Shown here: one piece after another, positions 58,015-64,000 of the stretch
How the letters are laid out: each line of letters opens with the position of its first letter
Numbering within the stretch: the first letter of the stretch is position 1
Source: Epithemia pelagica
Taxonomy: Eukaryota; Protista; Bacillariophyta
Length of the DNA: 64,000 nucleotides
Reading direction: 5' to 3'
Assembly (NCBI GenBank): GCA_946965045.2
Contig: OX337241.1
Span: 2,852,001 to 2,916,000 of the forward strand
Notes under the pieces: generated by a model
Told to the model about the DNA's origin: nothing
Seen by the model: only the letters and a program-made list of their open reading frames with translations
Databases searched by the model: none
Program-made: the position numbers and the translations under genes

Positions 58015-60375
58015 TGTTATGTCGTCCTGGCGTGTCTGATGAGAGGACGGACGGAATTGGAGGATACGGAGGAACAAGGGTTGGAACTGTGAATGCTAGC
58101 ACCGGTTAACCTTCGCTCCCTCTTCTTTTTCTCTCGTCCTTGTCCGCTCGGTCTGCCTGACCCCTACTTATTACTATACCCTCGTGTACTATTTCCTTTT
58201 TTTATTCTAGTTCCATCGATTGTCAAGTTATTTTGGTAGTGGGGGTCCAATCAATACACACCAACGTGTAGGAAGTGTATTGCAGCATTGTAGAGATGAT
58301 TGTGAGAAAGGGTTACCCAAGCATGCAGGATGATGGCCAGGGAGAATGAGAGGAAGGTGGACTGTTGTTGATGCCTCCATCATCCATCCTATCCTCCCTT
58401 ATTGGTCGATCGATGGATGGATCGATGGAACGTAGGATCAAGAGTAGCACAGTCCCTCTCTTTCCACATAGCTCTAGTCTGTAGAGAACTGGTGCCGCTT
58501 CAATCGAGGTCCAGGATTCCTTCTACTCATGTGTGTGAGTCCATAATCACTCCCTATTACATTGATGGCATCCCTGAAATGATCCATCGGATCGACATAG
58601 AAGGAGTACTATGCATTGATTGTAGGAGTAGTAGCCTTGGGAACCGGAACCTCATTGACCCAAAAGAACCCGGGGGGGTAGTCCGGTCCCACTGGAACCT
58701 GTGCGACTGTTTCTGCGATCGAGACCGGTTTTAACGGGCGACTGCAAGACGCATGGCGGCGCACCATGATGGGATCACAGCATCTGAGGACGACACGAAC
58801 CGAGGCGGCAATCGGCAACATGTCATGGTGCGAGACCTTTGGAGAAACAAGGAGAAGAAGAATGGAGGAGGAGCCAGAAGAAGAACCTTTGGTGGGATGG
58901 AACCAAGTAACACATATGGAGAAAAAGACGCACAAGACACACACAACGGGCATCGCTCATCTCTATTTCCAAACAGTGGTGGTCTAATCGGCCAATCAGA
59001 AGCTTGCAAAATGGAGTCCACCAATCACCGGCACACATAAAGCAAAGAAAACACAGTGGAGGGAGGGGGGCCCTTTTTTCTCGTCGTGTGGAACTCGACG
59101 AGCGACGAGACACTATGTGGAGCAGCAAGAGGAGCAGCACGCAACATGATTTGGATTGGTGGACTGGCAACTCGGACATGAAAAGCCCACTGCGTGCGAC
59201 ACGGAACCAACGAGCGCTTCTTCTTGCCTGTTGTACCGTGTATGCTCGCATGGAGTCTGACAAGAAGAGGATGGTTACTGGTGGCGGCTTGGACTCACAG
59301 CGCCTCTTTGTTAGGGTAGCACCAAGGGTAGCGGTCTCATGGGTTCTTTCCCGGTCACGGCAGCCTATTATAGCCGGTCCTATTCTACAGAGGCTTGGAG
59401 GGGGATTCCTCTCGCTCTGCTGGGCAGCTCTATGAGTCCCAGTTGACAGAGACACACATGGGGAGAGTGGTGGTGGTGGAACTCTCGATCGATCCGAACC
59501 ACGCACATACACAGTCGTGATGTGTTTTAACGACTACTGACACGAACGTGCCTGCCTCTCTCGTGTGCTGGTCCCTGCGTCTCTCTCGGTCCATCCGCCA
59601 GACTATTGCAGCTCGTTACTACGTTGTTCTCTCGTCACGTACGCAGAGGAGAGGCAAGATGTACGCCGCCTCCATAGACTGTTTCACCTCTGTGCCACAA
59701 CCAGGGCTCTCTTCTTCTTTCTTGGGAGGACAAACGCCACCACGGACTCCACAAGGGGCACACCCACACAAAAAACACCAATAACGTGTAGTCCTCTGGT
59801 GGAAGAGCCACATCCACAACACCACCTCTATTGTTGTCGTTGTTGTGGTGGTGGTGGCCCGCTTCCTCCGCCGTCCTCAACAGTGGCATCCTCCGCACGC
59901 ACAAGCTCGAGTCTTGGTGTGTGGTGGTTTCAAGTCACAGTTGTGGCAACGACCTATGTACCATGGTTCTCATTCCACCGACTGGTTCCCCCCAGAACAA
60001 TGGTCCCAACCAAAAAGCACGATTACCCATGATGCGAATCATGCTCGTGTTGATGAGACAAGGATGATGAGGATGAGAATGGGGTCTCCAATCTCACAGT
60101 CTCATAATCTCACAAACCCGTCCATTGGTAAGCAAAACCGAAACGAGAAGCATACTCTTGAATGTTGTTGCATGGTTTGGCTCGTCGTGTGTCGCTCCTT
60201 CTCTCGGTCTCCTCTTGTTGGGTGTCCTGCGACTCTGTGACTTGCATTCTGTTGTGGTTGTTGTTGTTGCTGTTTTGCTCTCATTCCAGGCTCTCACCAT
60301 CGCGTGTTCTGTTGCTTGTGCCCTTTCAGAAACTACGTTTACTGCTCGCAACAAGCACCTTTTGTTACAATCACG

Positions 60376-61293
60376 ATGATCATGTCTCGTTCCATTTCCT
60401 GTTTGACTCTCCTTCTCTTGGCCTCGGTGGGTGCCGCTGAACCACCCCAAGAAGCATCCTCGTCGTCGTCGTTGAAGAAGAACAACCAAAAGAAGGACCC
60501 CACGAATGACCCGTGGAACTTTTTGCGTCGTCGCAAGCACCATGACGAACCAGAACCTCAGCCGGATGACAACAATGACAATGGCGACAATAACGACAAC
60601 CAGGACGGCGGCCACCTGTACATGGGTGCCATTGTCACGATTGATCATGTCATGATGGACGCGCATCACAAGAATGATTGGAATCGCAATGTCATTGTCG
60701 ATGCCTTGGTGGATGCGGACAATGTCATTCATACCAACTCCAACGTCCATGCCACGTCCGGTTTTATTGAAAAGTATGCCGACATTCCCGAAACCGAACC
60801 CGATTGTGAGGACGATCCCAATCATCACCATGGTGGTGGTGGTCGTCGTCGCTTGAGCCGACATGGCTATGGCGATGTCTATTGGATGTGGGTCAATTAC
60901 GAATGTGGATTCATGTGTGGCTACGACGATGATTTCCACGTGGCGGCGTCGTCGTCGGGCAGTGACGGTGCGACAACCATCATTCAAACTCCGTTGGACT
61001 TGTTGGCCGAGGTGAGCAATGGTCGTACGCCGAGCAATCATCAAGCCTTGGAAGGCCAATTGTGTGCCACCTTGCGGGCGTCGGGGGAAGAGGCCTTGTC
61101 CAGTATTACCGAATGTACCATTGATTATGTCTACAATCAAGATGAATTCCTCATGCGTCATGGTCCTCCCTCCCTCGTGAAGGCGGCCAGCAACGGTGGC
61201 GACGACAAGAAGAACAAGAAGAAGATGATGAACCAGAACCATGGGGCGTCGTCGTGGGGACCCAGTTTTGGCCAGACGGTCGAACTGGCCTAA
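60376..61293 (+). CDS. secreted protein of unknown function
   Basis: Signal peptide MSRSISCLTLLLLASVGA|AE; basic motifs FLRRRK and RRRL; Asp/Asn-rich patch; cysteine motifs CGFMCGYDDD and LCATLRASG..ITECTI. Confidence 0.8.
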   Translation: MIMSRSISCLTLLLLASVGAAEPPQEASSSSSLKKNNQKKDPTNDPWNFLRRRKHHDEPEPQPDDNNDNGDNNDNQDGGHLYMGAIVTIDHVMMDAHHKNDWNRNVIVDALVDADNVIHTNSNVHATSGFIEKYADIPETEPDCEDDPNHHHGGGGRRRLSRHGYGDVYWMWVNYECGFMCGYDDDFHVAASSSGSDGATTIIQTPLDLLAEVSNGRTPSNHQALEGQLCATLRASGEEALSSITECTIDYVYNQDEFLMRHGPPSLVKAASNGGDDKKNKKKMMNQNHGASSWGPSFGQTVELA

Positions 61294-62522
61294 GAAGAAT
61301 GGACTGTCTTGAATGGATTCCCGGGAAAAAAGCAACCTATCTATATGTGTGTGTCAAACCAAAGAATGAATGAAAGAAAAAACCTGGTCGAGTCCACGAC
61401 AACAACAACAACAACAAGTGGGGGAATATATGGATGGGAGGAAGGGAAGAAGAGTGATGAATGAAGGAGTGGATGGAATCCAAAAGAGAGGGGGGTGAGG
61501 AAGAATATCTCATGACTCGACGTTGCGGAATCGTCGTGGGGGGAGATGGCCATAACAACAACAACAAGTGTCCTTGTGTTGTGGTGATGGGAGAATTGGA
61601 AAAAATGGGGGGGAGCTCTCTATAGTCGAATGATGCAGGAATGGTGTTTCGGAAAGAGAACCAGTTTGTTTGGATCATGAGAGAGAGAGAGAGAGATCCA
61701 TCCCCAAAAAACGAAAACAGAAAAAATACACAAGTCTATACACACAAACGATAAAGTCTAGTAGAAAATGGAGGAGGAATGGTGTTATATATAATATACG
61801 ATTGATACACATGACGTTCGTTGTTGCTCTATACTTGATATTTGGTAGAATCACAAATCATTGTTCGTCCACAGTGGTTTGTGGTTTGTGATACGGATGG
61901 ACTGTGCAACTTCACTGGAAAAATCCTTGTGTGTGTGGTCGATTGTTGGTACCATTGGGTCGGATCGACTCGGTCTTTGACCAGAACACTCCATCGTCTC
62001 ATCCTCATGAAAGTAGGTTTTTGTATTCGCTGCTTTTTGATGGATCGCTTTCGTTGGAGCAGTCATTATGGTCCCTCTCACGGGGCACTGCCATGTGTGC
62101 GACCGAGAGCACCACACCACTATTTTTCTTTGTGTAAGCGACAGATGGAACACTTCCAAATCGCGCGGTCCATCCAAGTGTGGAAAAGAATGAAAGGACG
62201 AGTTGGAGTTGCTTCACCATGCGCGCGATGGGGAAGACCCGGCGTTTGGAAGGCTGGTTCGACTGACTCTCGTCGTGGGGTAATGGTATATGCGACTGAG
62301 CATTGGAAGCCATCAAGAAAAAATTTGATGGTCGACACAGAGACAGAAGAGGTGTGACGAACGACAAAGCACACCTTCCAAAGAAAACACAAAAACATCA
62401 ACAGAGCACCCATCACCTCTAATATTATTATAGAGAGGGCCATTCATCCCTCCTCCTCCGACCACTCCCTACATTCAGAGAAACGACACAAGTCCGAACA
62501 AAAACCAAGCAATATTGGGATC

Positions 62523-64000
62523 ATGAAACAGAAGCGAGCTTGTATCCAGAAGCAGCCGCCATTCGATGCACCAATTTGGTGGCCTGGTGTTTGGTGGTGT
62601 GTGTGTCTGCTGTTGGCGGCCTCCTGTTCGTGGTCGGTCCTGGCGTTTCATCATCCGGGCGTGGGGCGACAGCGACCGACGCCACCACAAGGACCACCAT
62701 TCATGGGACGTCAAAAGAGGCTCTTTCGGGAAACAAACAGAAAAAGAGACGAGGGGACCATTCTTCGACGAACCAACAACAACATGCCTCCATCCTCCCA
62801 ACGAAAAAGCCATGAGTGGAGGTTGTTTGCGTCGGAGCAAGTCGACAATAGTAGGGATGACACCGAAACCAGCAACAACAATCTCGACTCGATACAGGTC
62901 GATGTCTGTATTTGTGGAGGGGGACCTGCCGGTTTGCTCTTGGCCTCGCAATTGGCCCAACAACAACAAGCATCACCCAACAACGACAAGAACGACCCGC
63001 CATTGTCCATTGCCATTGTCGATCCGGCCTTGACGGATGTCACATCGTGGCCCAACAATTATGGCATTTGGATGGACGAAGCCAATTGGTTTCGGTATGA
63101 CGATTGTGTCGACCGCGTCTGGAAAACGGCCCGCGTCGTCTTTGACGAAACCTCCCCCCAATTATCCCTGGATCGTCCCTATGGACGCGTCGATCGAGTC
63201 GCCTTGAAACGACGCTTGTTACAGGAATGTCGGCACCGCAAGCCGTGTCGCAACAAGAGCAAGGATACAAAGGACCAACACGACGAGGACCTTGTCCTGT
63301 CACACCATGAAAATGGACACAATGGCATTTGGTTTTTCAATGGCAAGGCCACCCAGGTGCAACATATGGACGACAATACGACTCCTTCGCAAGTCACAGT
63401 CACATTGCTTTCGTCCCCCAAAGAACCCAATGGGGACGACACCACCACGACAACAACCGCCACAACCATGTCCACACAACGACTGACGGTCCATGCTCCC
63501 TTGGTGGTGGATGCCACGGGCTTTGGCCGCGTCTTTTGCGACCATGCCGTCCCCTTTGATCCGGGCTACCAAGTCACGTATGGAGCTCGCTATCGCGTGC
63601 CCCATTTGGGTCCACAGTATACGGTGGACGAAATGGTCTTGATGGATTACAGTCAAGGTCATTTGCAACACAACGCAACGTTGGTGGCGTCGAACGAACG
63701 CTTTCCCTCCTTTGTCTATGTCATGCCACTGTCCGACACGGAGATTTTTTTGGAAGAAACCATTCTCGTGTCACGTCCCGGTGGATCGTCGCGCAATTTG
63801 CAAGCCCGACTGGAACACCGCATGCACGCCTTGGGCATTCCGCCACCCTGGCACGTGTTGGAAGACGAACGGGCCGCCATTCCCATGGGCGGCGCCGATC
63901 CCCGCATTCCGCAACGAACCGTCGGATTTGGGGCCACGAGTTCCTTGGTTCATCCCGCGTCGGGATACATGATGGCCCGCGCCATGGAAGTGGCACCCCG
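62523..64000 (+). CDS. LCYB: CrtL-type lycopene cyclase with bipartite plastid presequence; 3' end outside the window and absent from the ORF track
   Basis: Open frame from ATG 62523 to the window end: signal peptide ..LLLAASCSWSVLA|F, then VDVCICGGGPAG, WPNNYGIWMDE, LDRPYGRVDRVALK, VVDATGF, PGYQVTYG, FLEETILVSRP, IPMGG, LVHPASGY. Beta versus other cyclase-family activity cannot be read from sequence. Confidence 0.85.
   Translation, partial: MKQKRACIQKQPPFDAPIWWPGVWWCVCLLLAASCSWSVLAFHHPGVGRQRPTPPQGPPFMGRQKRLFRETNRKRDEGTILRRTNNNMPPSSQRKSHEWRLFASEQVDNSRDDTETSNNNLDSIQVDVCICGGGPAGLLLASQLAQQQQASPNNDKNDPPLSIAIVDPALTDVTSWPNNYGIWMDEANWFRYDDCVDRVWKTARVVFDETSPQLSLDRPYGRVDRVALKRRLLQECRHRKPCRNKSKDTKDQHDEDLVLSHHENGHNGIWFFNGKATQVQHMDDNTTPSQVTVTLLSSPKEPNGDDTTTTTTATTMSTQRLTVHAPLVVDATGFGRVFCDHAVPFDPGYQVTYGARYRVPHLGPQYTVDEMVLMDYSQGHLQHNATLVASNERFPSFVYVMPLSDTEIFLEETILVSRPGGSSRNLQARLEHRMHALGIPPPWHVLEDERAAIPMGGADPRIPQRTVGFGATSSLVHPASGYMMARAMEVAP

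Noticed and set aside
58753-60240. Several 70-230 aa ORFs between the EF-hand gene and the secreted-protein gene
   Set aside because: Overlapping on both strands, mostly non-ATG, with no motifs; treated as intergenic or UTR.
60094-61335. 413-aa minus-strand ORF
   Set aside because: Antisense shadow of the secreted-protein gene, which has the signal peptide and the coherent composition.
1-64000. rRNA, tRNA or other structured RNA genes
   Set aside because: No cloverleaf with T-loop/D-loop consensus or rRNA signature was seen by eye; tRNAscan-SE and Infernal would be needed to exclude them.

Overview
Eukaryotic nuclear DNA, most likely from a pennate diatom. This is inferred from CoDi-like Ty1/copia elements, diatom-style HSF and bZIP genes, short GT-AG introns with CTAAT-type branch points, and a bipartite plastid presequence. 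About half the window is transposon-derived. It holds a decayed copia nested in a hAT transposase (1-10.2 kb), a young complete copia with a 5-bp TSD (28302-34644), several MITEs and non-autonomous TIR elements, and a 5.8-kb Mutator-like element (38738-44530, 9-bp TSD). That element's intact 1113-aa ORF joins a GCM-like zinc DNA-binding domain, a MULE DDE core, a USP-like cysteine peptidase and a PARP-type zinc finger. Host genes include a COG0523/CobW GTPase, a bZIP factor, NCBP1/CBP80, an HSF, an alpha/beta hydrolase, a TVP15-like/EF-hand protein, a secreted protein and a CrtL-type lycopene cyclase that runs off the window end. Three paralogues of an unrecognised His-rich membrane-anchored family share the motif L(R/K)RRQ(L/F)LxAVG. 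The CobW-bZIP intergenic region is a mosaic of tandem and fold-back duplications. I found no rRNA, tRNA or CRISPR array. All domain calls are by-eye motif recognition, not database results.
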